This document shows positions 8,298 to 16,664 of a DNA stretch of 32,000 nt, piece by piece. The stretch is taken from contig CP064962.1 in the NCBI GenBank assembly GCA_016699145.1, positions 780,001 through 812,000 on the forward strand. Reading direction: 5' to 3'. A program made the translations under genes and the position numbers. This DNA comes from Candidatus Saccharimonadota bacterium. GTDB lineage: Bacteria > Patescibacteriota > Gracilibacteria > UBA1369 > 2-02-FULL-48-14. The notes under the pieces were generated by a model, which made no database searches, was not told the origin of the DNA, and saw only the letters and a list, made by a program, of their open reading frames with translations. Each line of letters starts with the position of its first letter. The first letter of the stretch is position 1.

Positions 8298-9336
8298 TGA
8301 ATCCGAACACTTGGTAAGATGAGTTCATGAAAAAAACGCTAAGAAGTTCTCACAGCTTTCCAAAAGTGAGAGGGATGAAATATTCATACTGAAGGGGAAA
8401 GGATATTCGCTCAGAGCTATCGCTAAAAGTCTGAAGAGAAGTGTTTCAACTGTTTCAGATGAACTCAAACGTAATGAAGTGAATGGCAGCTATAACCCGA
8501 AGAAAGCACAGCAGAAAAGCTATGTACGAAGGCGCTCCGCTCGCTTTCAAGGGAAGAAAGTTGCAATGAACAAGAAATTGAGAGATTTCGTAGAAGAAAA
8601 ACTAAGAGATGATATTTCTCCAGCCGCTATTTCTGGGAGACTCAAATGCCAAGAGGGAGCTCTTCCTTTTGCCTCCAAAGACAGTATTTATCGCTTCCTA
8701 AAAAGCCCCTATGGAAGAGCTTTGGAGTATGAACGTGAGCAGAAAACAAAACATCGAAGAAAGAGGCCCAAAGTACTTTCAAAACTTTCGGACAGAACGT
8801 TCATAAATGAGCGTCCTAACAGAATAGAAATGAGAGAAGATGTGGGAGACATTGAAGGAGATTTCATAGTTTCAGGGAAAACGGGAAAGGGTTCACTTTT
8901 GGTTGCTGTGGACAGGAAACTAAGAGTTTCATTTCTTGAAAAGATCTTCCCAGTGACGATTGAAGAAGTTCATGAGGCTTTTTTGCGAATCCAAAAACGT
9001 TTTCCAGAGCTTCAAAGCATGACTACGGACAATGATATTCTCTTCCAGAAACACAAGGAATTGGAGAAGCTGCTGGGCATTAAAATCTACTTTTGCCACC
9101 CTTATCATTCATGGGAAAAGGGCACAGTGGAAAACACGAATAAAATCATTCGGAAAGATATTCCTAAAGGCAGTGATATTTCAAAATACAGTAAAGCTTT
9201 CATTCAAAGGCTTGAAGAAAAACTCAATCGTAGACCGCTCAAGTGTTTGAATTATCTCACCCCAAAAGAAGCTCTTTTGGTGCACCGCGAAATCACAAAA
9301 CTCAAAAAATCCTAATCCATTAAGTGTTCGGATTCA
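8298..9336 (+). mobile_element. IS30-family insertion sequence (1039 bp)
   Basis: Perfect 15-bp terminal inverted repeats: TGAATCCGAACACTT (8298-8312) and AAGTGTTCGGATTCA (9322-9336). They enclose a single DDE transposase gene. No clear target-site duplication is visible. Confidence 0.85.
8327..9315 (+). CDS. IS30-family DDE transposase; ATG and HTH-encoding frame are offset by one nt at an A7 tract
   Basis: The frame open from 8323 to 9315 encodes SERDEIFILKGKGYSLRAIAKSLKRSVSTVSDELKRN (IS30-type HTH). It also encodes the DDE regions LLVAVDRK, TTDNDILF and HPYHSWEKGTVENTNKIIRK. The only ATG (8327) is in another frame and stops at 8390-8392. One extra A in A7 (8330-8336), or a -1 shift there, gives a 329-aa protein. 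The first in-frame canonical start (GTG 8479) would drop the HTH. Confidence 0.8.
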
Positions 9337-9396
9337 GCCCGTCCAGTGCCAACAAGATATAAGGCCTAATTATACCACAGAAGAAGCGGCAGGCAA
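9334..9396 (-). promoter_or_regulatory. Promoter-leader module B (paralogue of module A), now facing into the IS30 right end
   Basis: On the minus strand: TTGCCT (9396-9391), 16-nt spacer, TGG-TATAAT (9377-9369), then 18 nt, then GGCACTGGACGGGCTGA (9350-9334). The offsets are identical to module A. The 17-mer overlaps the IS30 IRR by 3 nt. Confidence 0.4.
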
Positions 9397-9401
9397 GGCC
9401 T

Positions 9402-9429
9402 TTGACGTGAGTGGCAAAAATGTTATAAA
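9402..9429 (+). promoter_or_regulatory. Sigma70-like promoter candidate for the 143-aa gene (near-leaderless)
   Basis: TTGACG (9402-9407), 16-nt spacer ending in TGT, TATAAA (9424-9429). ATG 9438 is only 8 nt after the -10 hexamer. Confidence 0.4.
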
Positions 9430-9437
9430 ATATACGC

Positions 9438-9869
9438 ATGAACGAATACGGGCCAGAATATCCCACATTCGCCTTAGGATCAGAGCTGGAAGCCCATCAA
9501 ACCCTGGTAGGTCAATTCCGAAATACCTGCCGAAGTGAGCTCCAAGCCCTGGAAAATTCCATAGACAGAACTGCTTTTTACGGCTTTCTAAAAAGATGCG
9601 AGTCGCTAGACTTTGAAAAACAACTCGCCTCCCATTTACCCGCTGCCCATAAAATAACCACTGCCATCAAAAAGTCAGAAACACAACTTTTAGAAGGGTG
9701 GATTGCATGGGGCAACGAGGGGTTGGCCATCCCCCTAGAGGCTTACCCCTTCAACCCTCAGCAGGGATTGCTTTCGCTCGTCCCCTTGTATTTTCCAGAC
9801 TACTTCCATTACGCCACTGGTTTGCGCAACCCTGACGACATCCCACCCGCTCTGCCGCTTGCAGCCTAA
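9438..9869 (+). CDS. Hypothetical protein (143 aa), orphan
   Basis: Uninterrupted ORF divergent from module B. No family recognised. Confidence 0.55.
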   Translation: MNEYGPEYPTFALGSELEAHQTLVGQFRNTCRSELQALENSIDRTAFYGFLKRCESLDFEKQLASHLPAAHKITTAIKKSETQLLEGWIAWGNEGLAIPLEAYPFNPQQGLLSLVPLYFPDYFHYATGLRNPDDIPPALPLAA

Positions 9870-9924
9870 ACGCGCTTCCCTTTTTTCGACTTAGCCTCTA
9901 AACTGACTCCACTTAATAAAGTTC

Positions 9925-11478
9925 ATGTTTTTGAATCTTTTAGCTCTCATGGTCGGCCTTGCCCTTTCGGTGGGCACGGTTTTCCTGTTCACGCGCGGTG
10001 AAAATCTCGAGAAGGCAGATCCAAACGAGGCTCTGAAAAAAGCCGAAATCGAGGCCAAACAGATCCATCACGATTCCAAAGAAGCCATTGAACGCATCCG
10101 CCGTGCCATGGAGCGCGAAGAAAAGGATGCCGAGGAAATCCTAAGCAAAATGGAGGCGACCCTCGCGCAAAAAGAAGAAATTTTAAAGCGCCGCGAAGAG
10201 CGCAACAAAACCCATCAAGATCAAGTGAGCGCCCTAAAAACCGAAGTCGAAGCCCTGCACACCCAAGAAAAACAAACTCTGAATCAGCGCATTGAGCTGC
10301 TCAGCAAACAAGCCAAACTCAGCCGTGAAGAGACCCTGGAAAATTCTAAAAAGAACCTAGAAAAACTCATCACCGAAAACGCGGATGTGCGCAATAAAGT
10401 CGCTTTGGATGAGTTGCAAGAAGACGCCCCTCGCCATGCCAAGGCTCTTTTGCAGGTAGTGATTCAACGCCTGGGGGTGGAAAGTTCCGTGGATAAAAAC
10501 AACACCTCAATCACCATCAAAGACGATAAATTCAAAGGCCTGCTCATCGGGAAAAACGGCAGCAACGTGCTGTATTTTGAAAGCCTTTTGCCCGTTTCCC
10601 TCATCTTCAACCATGGCGCACCCGATGTCTTGCACGTGGGAGGAGTGAACCTTTTCCGCCGCAATATTGCCAAACGCGCCATTGAGAAATTGCAAGTCCG
10701 TGCCAAAAAAACCGGAAAAATCGACCATGAAATGATCAAAACCACTGTGGACGAAGCCAACGCCGAAATGATGGCGCTCTGTGACAAAAAAGGGGAAGAA
10801 TCCATCCGCCTCATGGGCCTGGACCCCAAAAAAATGGACCCCGAAATGGTCAACTACACCGGGCGTCTTTACTACCGCACGAGTTACGGGCAAAACGTTA
10901 CGGGCCACTCCAACGAAATGGGCTTTGCCGCTCGCATGCTCGCTGAACTGATCGGGCTCCAAGATCCTTCTTTGGCCATGCAAGGGGCTTTCTTCCATGA
11001 CATCGGGAAAGCCATCGACCACGACGTGGGCGGGGCTCACGACGATCTTTCACGCGAAATTTTAGACAAGCACGGTTTCGATCCCATCATTGTGCACGCG
11101 GCCTTTGCCCACCACGACAAAGTGCCTTGCGAGTCCCCCGAAGATTTTTTGGTGAAAGCCGTGGATGCCATCTCTGGCGGTCGTCCCGGCGCGCGCCAAG
11201 AATCGGTGACCAATTACTTCGAACGCATCCAAGCCCTCGAACAAGCCGCCCTTTCTTTCGAAGGAGTGAACAAGGTCTTTGCCATGTCTGCAGGTCGCGA
11301 ATTGCGCCTCATTGTGGACACCAGTCGCATCCAAGATGAGAGCATGGAGGGGCTTGCCGAACAGGTCGCTGGAAAGATTCAAGACGAAATCGCCTTTCCA
11401 GGGGTCATTAAAGTGAACTTGATCCGCACCACAAAGTCGGTAGACTATGCACGAGAAAAACCCCAATTCAAACGATAA
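9925..11478 (+). CDS. rny: Ribonuclease Y
   Basis: N-terminal TM helix, long K/E coiled coil, KH motif (GLLIGKNGSNVLYFESL) and HD domain (AFFHDIGKAIDH, HHD). 517 aa, which is typical for RNase Y. Confidence 0.92.
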   Translation: MFLNLLALMVGLALSVGTVFLFTRGENLEKADPNEALKKAEIEAKQIHHDSKEAIERIRRAMEREEKDAEEILSKMEATLAQKEEILKRREERNKTHQDQVSALKTEVEALHTQEKQTLNQRIELLSKQAKLSREETLENSKKNLEKLITENADVRNKVALDELQEDAPRHAKALLQVVIQRLGVESSVDKNNTSITIKDDKFKGLLIGKNGSNVLYFESLLPVSLIFNHGAPDVLHVGGVNLFRRNIAKRAIEKLQVRAKKTGKIDHEMIKTTVDEANAEMMALCDKKGEESIRLMGLDPKKMDPEMVNYTGRLYYRTSYGQNVTGHSNEMGFAARMLAELIGLQDPSLAMQGAFFHDIGKAIDHDVGGAHDDLSREILDKHGFDPIIVHAAFAHHDKVPCESPEDFLVKAVDAISGGRPGARQESVTNYFERIQALEQAALSFEGVNKVFAMSAGRELRLIVDTSRIQDESMEGLAEQVAGKIQDEIAFPGVIKVNLIRTTKSVDYAREKPQFKR

Positions 11479-11501
11479 AAACCGCTAAAACAAGCCTTTT
11501 T

Positions 11502-11807
11502 ATGACCGACGAAAAAAAGAAATCAACCCTAGACAAAATCGTGATGGGAGCCCTCATTGGAACGGCTGTCGGTTCTGCAGTGAGCCTGACTTTGGCCCCT
11601 AAAACAGGTAAAGAAACGCGTGATTTCATTAAGGAAAAGTCCAAAGACGTGGGAGGTGTAGCCAAAGAGACCGGGGTCGGATTCTTTCGTTTATTCAAAG
11701 TTCTCTTACGAAGACTGTTTCGTGGCAAGAAAAAGACGGCTTCCGTCAACGAAATGAAAGAACTGCCCGATGAAATGGAAGTTTTCCCAAAAGAAACTCA
11801 AGAGTAA
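11502..11807 (+). CDS. YtxH-like small membrane-associated protein
   Basis: GALIGTAVGSAVSLTLAPKTGKETRDFIKEK matches the YtxH pattern (G.a.G....LfAPksGke.R). Confidence 0.65.
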   Translation: MTDEKKKSTLDKIVMGALIGTAVGSAVSLTLAPKTGKETRDFIKEKSKDVGGVAKETGVGFFRLFKVLLRRLFRGKKKTASVNEMKELPDEMEVFPKETQE

Positions 11808-11813
11808 CCCCTC

Positions 11814-13670
11814 ATGAAGAAAAAAAAGCATTTTCCCTATCGACTCGCCGCCGCCCTGACGACAGTGGCCCTTCTAGCCCTAGCGGTTTGTGTTTTGTTC
11901 TACCAAGTGAATCAACTGCCCGAAAGTGTTTTTGCGCAAAAAACCAGCGTTGAAGCTTTGCCCGAAAGCCAGTTCACTACCTTTGCAGCTCTGCAAACGG
12001 CAACAGAAGCCTGGGTCCATCAAGGGTTGAATCAACCCATTGAGCTGCAGTCCGAACGGGGCCAAGTGCCTCTCACCCTGGCAGCCTTGGGGGTTTCGGT
12101 GGATTGGACAGTCCTCGCACCCGAACTCAAGGATTTCATGAGTTCCGCCAGTCTACTTAAAAAAACAAGCACTTATCTTTTCGGCCAAAAACTGGAGCTG
12201 CCGCTGCTCTTGAACGAGGAGCAACTCCATTTAACCTTGGCTCAAACGGGCATCGAACAAGGCAATAAAAATGCAGTTTTCATATGGGATGGATCCGTAC
12301 AAATCCAGGCCGGACAAATAGGCTATGGCATCGAAAAAGAGCCACTCATTGCGATGCTAAAAAGCAGTTTCAAAAGCCCTCAGCCTCCTGAAAGTTTCAC
12401 TTTGACTCTACGCAGCAGCTCGCCTGAAATCACCGAAGCAGATTTGCAAGCCCTGCTCCCTGCCGCAGAAGAATTGGCTCAAAAAAGCCTCACTTTTCAA
12501 GATGAATTTGGCAACACTTGGGAACTGGATTTCCAAAGCCATCTCTACCTCATGATTCCCAGCGGCAAAGCGAGCCCCGAGCCCACCTGGACTTTGGATC
12601 AAAACGGCTTCATCACTTATGCCGAAACCGTGCTGGTGCCCGAGGTGGAAGAAGAGCCCTCCAGCGTCGTGATCACTGAAAATGCAGACGGCACTTACAG
12701 TTTTGAAGGCAGCGCGCGTTTTGGAAAAGAATTGGACAAACTTGCCCTCCACAAACAAGTCCTCGAAAAACTGATAACAGAGCCTCTCGACACCCCCCTC
12801 ACCTTGCCCATCACTACGGTAGACCCCTCTGTCACGGTGCCCCCTTCTCTTACCGAAAAAGGTGTCACGGGCCTAGTGGGCCTTGGTTACTCCGATTTCA
12901 GCGGGTCTCCTTACAACCGCATCCACAACATCAAAACCGGTATTGCTCAGTTCAACGGCGTCCTCATTGATCAAGGAGCGGAATTTTCATTCATGGGACA
13001 TCTGAGCCCAGTGGATGCAGGCCACGGTTTTCTTCCGGAACTCGTGATCAAAGGGGACGAAACCATCCCTGAATACGGAGGAGGGCTTTGCCAAATTTCC
13101 TCCACCCTGTTCCGCGCAGCCCTTTACAGTGGCTTGCCCATCACGGCGCGGCGCAACCATTCTTATGCCGTTTCTTACTATGCGCGGCCCTTTGGCTATG
13201 GCCTCGATGCCACCGTCTACGACCCAGCTCCCGACCTTAAATTCGTCAATGACACCGCCGGAGCCCTGCTCGTGCAGGCTTACACCGAAGGCAATGCGGC
13301 CTATTATGTGTTTTATGGGACTTACGATGCTCGCACCGTGACCATGGAAGGCCCTTATTCCTACAATTACAACACCGTGGGCCCTCAAACCACCTACACC
13401 GACAAACTGGCCCCCGGCGAGCGTGAACTCAAAGAATACAGCCACACCGGCTTCACTACCGATTGGTACCGCACCGTCGTCTACCCGGTCACCGAACCCG
13501 GCCTCGATGAAAACGGCCAGCCCCTTTACCTAAGCCCCTACGCCGCCGAAGCCAGTGGAGTGAGGGAACTCATCCATTCTGTTTACGAAGCTCGCCCGGC
13601 CAAATATTGGGAAGGCTCAGCGGAGGGAGCGGAAGGCGCGGAGCTCACAATCTCGCCCACCGACTCTTAA
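11814..13670 (+). CDS. VanW-domain protein, N-terminally membrane-anchored
   Basis: TM anchor (LAAALTTVALLALAVCVLF). VanW core: FNGVLIDQGAEFSF...GGGLCQISSTLFRAALYSGLPITARRNHSYAVSYY...GLDATVY...DLKFVND. Confidence 0.85.
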   Translation: MKKKKHFPYRLAAALTTVALLALAVCVLFYQVNQLPESVFAQKTSVEALPESQFTTFAALQTATEAWVHQGLNQPIELQSERGQVPLTLAALGVSVDWTVLAPELKDFMSSASLLKKTSTYLFGQKLELPLLLNEEQLHLTLAQTGIEQGNKNAVFIWDGSVQIQAGQIGYGIEKEPLIAMLKSSFKSPQPPESFTLTLRSSSPEITEADLQALLPAAEELAQKSLTFQDEFGNTWELDFQSHLYLMIPSGKASPEPTWTLDQNGFITYAETVLVPEVEEEPSSVVITENADGTYSFEGSARFGKELDKLALHKQVLEKLITEPLDTPLTLPITTVDPSVTVPPSLTEKGVTGLVGLGYSDFSGSPYNRIHNIKTGIAQFNGVLIDQGAEFSFMGHLSPVDAGHGFLPELVIKGDETIPEYGGGLCQISSTLFRAALYSGLPITARRNHSYAVSYYARPFGYGLDATVYDPAPDLKFVNDTAGALLVQAYTEGNAAYYVFYGTYDARTVTMEGPYSYNYNTVGPQTTYTDKLAPGERELKEYSHTGFTTDWYRTVVYPVTEPGLDENGQPLYLSPYAAEASGVRELIHSVYEARPAKYWEGSAEGAEGAELTISPTDS

Positions 13671-14430
13671 TCTCTTCATTGTAGGGATCCATGTCCAACA
13701 ACTCTTCGAGCATTTTTTTGGCGCGTTCCACATCCCCCATCCGCTCATAATAGTCGGCCAAAATCAGTTTGAGCGTTTCATCTTTGGGCTTACGGCGCGC
13801 AGCGCGTTCAAAATAATGCAACGCTTTTTCATCCTCGCCAAGCTCGAAATAAACCTGAGCCAGACTTTGCAAACGCTCCGCACGGCGCTCGTCCAAGGCG
13901 ATGGCATTTTCATAAGCCTCCGCTGCTTCCACCAGGCGCTGTTGTTGATACAGAGCGATGCCTAAATTGCTGAAATAAACTGGATCTTGTTTCAAATTCA
14001 CCAGCTTGGAGAAATAAAGTTCTGCAGAAGGAAAATCGCCGCGTTTGAGGTACAAAAGCCCCAATTTGTGATGAGCGTCCAAGTGAGTGGGCTCTTCCGC
14101 TAAAATCGCCAAAAAGAGCGGTTCCGCTTCATCCAACTGATTGCGTCCAAAAAAAACATCCGCGCGTAAAAAAGCCTTACGCACCCCTCCCTCCAAACGA
14201 GGCAGTTCAGGTTTAGGAGCCGTGGCCATACTGGCTTCAGATAAATGTTCCAAAGGGGCTTCAGCGCTATCCAAAGGGAAATCTTCTAGGGCTTCACTGG
14301 CCGTTTCACCGCGTTCCTCACTGAGCAATTTTTCTTGAAATTTAAGATCTTGTTGAGTCAGCCGCAGGCGACGCAAAAACATGAGCGAGAGGGCGAATCC
14401 TGAGAAAAGAAGAAGAAAGAGAGCAAGCAT
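13645..14430 (-). CDS. TPR-repeat protein with an N-terminal TM helix
   Basis: MLALFLLLFSGFALSLMFL followed by several 34-aa TPR-like repeats (e.g. AHHKLGLLYLKRGDFPSAELYFSKLVNL). Overlaps the vanW end by 26 nt (convergent). Confidence 0.8.
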   Translation of the reverse strand: MLALFLLLFSGFALSLMFLRRLRLTQQDLKFQEKLLSEERGETASEALEDFPLDSAEAPLEHLSEASMATAPKPELPRLEGGVRKAFLRADVFFGRNQLDEAEPLFLAILAEEPTHLDAHHKLGLLYLKRGDFPSAELYFSKLVNLKQDPVYFSNLGIALYQQQRLVEAAEAYENAIALDERRAERLQSLAQVYFELGEDEKALHYFERAARRKPKDETLKLILADYYERMGDVERAKKMLEELLDMDPYNEEIKSRWARL

Positions 14431-14453
14431 GAGAAATCAATTAAGGGACAAAA

Positions 14454-15335
14454 TTAAGGGACGAACATGAGAAGCAGCTGATCCAGCAAAAGCTTGGAAT
14501 TGACATTGTTTCTTAGCGCCAGTTTAGCATCTTCTAGGGCATCCAGCACGTCCGTCACTTGCACGTGAGCCAGGGCTTGGGGAGGCCCCTTAAAAAGCCA
14601 AGTGCGACAGTGGCGCAAAAGCACGTCCAAAAACTCGGGCAGAAAGTCGCTGGATTCATATTTGCGCGTGAGGGCAAACGCAGCCGCCACCGTGGGCCGT
14701 TCCAAAAAAACATCCAAATCGCGCAGCACCGTTTCATGAATTTCCAAATAGGCAGGGTCTTCCATAAGGCGGATCAATTTTCCGGGCCGACCCATGGCAA
14801 AAAACAACAAACGTTCCGCAAGCGGATTTCCTTCCAAAAGTGGAGTCATTTCCTCATCGGGCAGGCTTTGAAAAACATGCACTTGAGCACGAGAACGCAA
14901 AGTGGGAAGCACGTCTTCTTCTTGATGCGCCGTGAGCAAAAATAAAAGGCCAGGATGAGGTTCTTCCAAAGTTTTTAAAAGAGCCGTGCTGGCTTCGGGC
15001 CTCAGGCGGGCTAAGTTTTCGATCACCACCACCAGGTAAGGTTTTAGATGTCCTTGATTGCTGCGTTCAATGAGTCCTCGCACGGCTTCAATGCCCATTC
15101 CCTCCCCAGCATCCAGGAACAAAAGGGTGTCCGCATCGAGGCCTTCCAAAAGCTGTTTTTTAGCCACCCCATGCTCGTCTGCTCCTTGCAAATGCACTGC
15201 TAAAGTGAGCGCCATTTTGGTCTTGCCCACATGTTCAGGGCCCAAAAACAAATGCGCATGATGCAAGCGCCCACTTGCCGCTTCGCTTTTCAAATGTTCG
15301 AGAATACGCTGATGTCCCAGCAAAGGAAAATTCAT
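14454..15335 (-). CDS. holB: DNA polymerase III delta-prime subunit
   Basis: LHHAHLFLGPEHVGKT (P-loop-like clamp-loader motif), LLKTLEEP, and TLRSR sensor motif. Confidence 0.85.
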   Translation of the reverse strand: MNFPLLGHQRILEHLKSEAASGRLHHAHLFLGPEHVGKTKMALTLAVHLQGADEHGVAKKQLLEGLDADTLLFLDAGEGMGIEAVRGLIERSNQGHLKPYLVVVIENLARLRPEASTALLKTLEEPHPGLLFLLTAHQEEDVLPTLRSRAQVHVFQSLPDEEMTPLLEGNPLAERLLFFAMGRPGKLIRLMEDPAYLEIHETVLRDLDVFLERPTVAAAFALTRKYESSDFLPEFLDVLLRHCRTWLFKGPPQALAHVQVTDVLDALEDAKLALRNNVNSKLLLDQLLLMFVP

Positions 15336-15351
15336 ACAAAATCGAGAAAGA

Positions 15352-16626
15352 TTAAGGTCGACGGCTCCAGTAAGCGTCCTGGCGCACCAAAAGTTCTCGC
15401 GCTTCTTCAGGATGTTTCATGCACATTTTGACCAAGTGTTCCATGCGCACACGGTTTTGCGAGCCTTTGGCGAGCACCGTGTCGTGCTTGTCCAAAATTT
15501 TGCTCAAAAACTGGCCCGCTTCTTTGGATGTATTGAAGACATGAATCATGGACGCAGACATGCCGGCGCGTTGCGCGCCTTCCGCGAGCGCGCTCGCGTG
15601 CTCGCCTACGGCGAGCAGCATGTCTGCCTGTTCCGCCGCCAATTTCCCAACCTTAATATGCTCACTCACGGCCAACTCACCCAGCTCATTCATGGTGCCC
15701 AGGGCCGCAATTTTGCGCCCGTGGAAAAGACTCAAAATCTCAAGCCCCGCTTCCATGGTGTCTGGAGAAGCGTTGTAAGAACTGTCCAAAATCAGCGCTC
15801 CATTTTTACCCTCAATGCGGTTCATGCGTCCGGGGGGCAAGCGGTACTCCTCCAAGGCTTTTTGAATAGCCTTCCACGGCATGCCGTTCACAAAACCCAC
15901 CGCCACCGCTGCCAACACCAAAGTGATGTGAGCCTTACCCAGCACATGGGGCATCCTCACAAAAAGGTCACGTTGATCATAAGACAGCGTGAACATGAGT
16001 CCCTCGGTGCTCATTTCAATATCTTTGGCGCACAAATCGGCCCCTTCTTCTGTTCCAATCGTGATGGTATGAGCCGGCAAATGTCCCTCCAGTTGCCGCA
16101 CAAAAGAATCATCGTGATTCAAAATCACCCATCCACCTGGGGGCACCGCCACCACCGCTTTGGATTTTTCTTCATACACCGCCTGACGATTGGCAAACTG
16201 CCCCGCCCCCACATGCACGTTCTTTACGTTCAAAAACACCATGATGTTGGGAGTGAAAACTTTCAAAATTTCATCCATATCCCCAGGTTTATCCACGCCC
16301 ATTTCTAGCACCAGCATCTGGTATTTTTCCGGTTTTTTAAAGGCTTCCCAAATCGCCTTCCAAAAAATAGAAATCCAGGCTGTTGTGGAGGAATAGCCTG
16401 TCTTGAGGCCCAAAATCGTGAGCACGGTGCCAAATTCCGAATTCAAATTTTTTTCACTGCGACGCACACTGAAACGCCGCCCCAGCACATCTGCAATCGC
16501 GTCTTTTGCCCCCGTTTTCCCCACGCTCCCCGTCACCCCCACAATGAGAGGACGAATGGCTCGCAACCTCCGCTTGGCAAGGGAGCGAAGAAAGTCTAAG
16601 GCCCAGCGCTTAAAAGTGGCTTTCAT
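15352..16626 (-). CDS. murF: Mur ligase family, MurF-like (UDP-MurNAc-tripeptide--D-Ala-D-Ala ligase)
   Basis: VGVTGSVGKTGAKD (ATP-binding), NLNSEFGTVLTIL, ILDSSYNASPDTMEAGL. Somewhat shorter at the N-terminus than E. coli MurF. Confidence 0.75.
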   Translation of the reverse strand: MKATFKRWALDFLRSLAKRRLRAIRPLIVGVTGSVGKTGAKDAIADVLGRRFSVRRSEKNLNSEFGTVLTILGLKTGYSSTTAWISIFWKAIWEAFKKPEKYQMLVLEMGVDKPGDMDEILKVFTPNIMVFLNVKNVHVGAGQFANRQAVYEEKSKAVVAVPPGGWVILNHDDSFVRQLEGHLPAHTITIGTEEGADLCAKDIEMSTEGLMFTLSYDQRDLFVRMPHVLGKAHITLVLAAVAVGFVNGMPWKAIQKALEEYRLPPGRMNRIEGKNGALILDSSYNASPDTMEAGLEILSLFHGRKIAALGTMNELGELAVSEHIKVGKLAAEQADMLLAVGEHASALAEGAQRAGMSASMIHVFNTSKEAGQFLSKILDKHDTVLAKGSQNRVRMEHLVKMCMKHPEEARELLVRQDAYWSRRP

Positions 16627-16664
16627 AAACCTGAGTGTAAAGGCTATCTCAAAAAAGGGAAGGC

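Noticed and set aside
8273-9336. A target-site duplication flanking the IS30 copy.
   Set aside because: The flanks read ...CTCATT on the left and GCCCGT... on the right. The only symmetric bases (TGA/TCA) simply extend the inverted repeat, so no direct duplication can be claimed.
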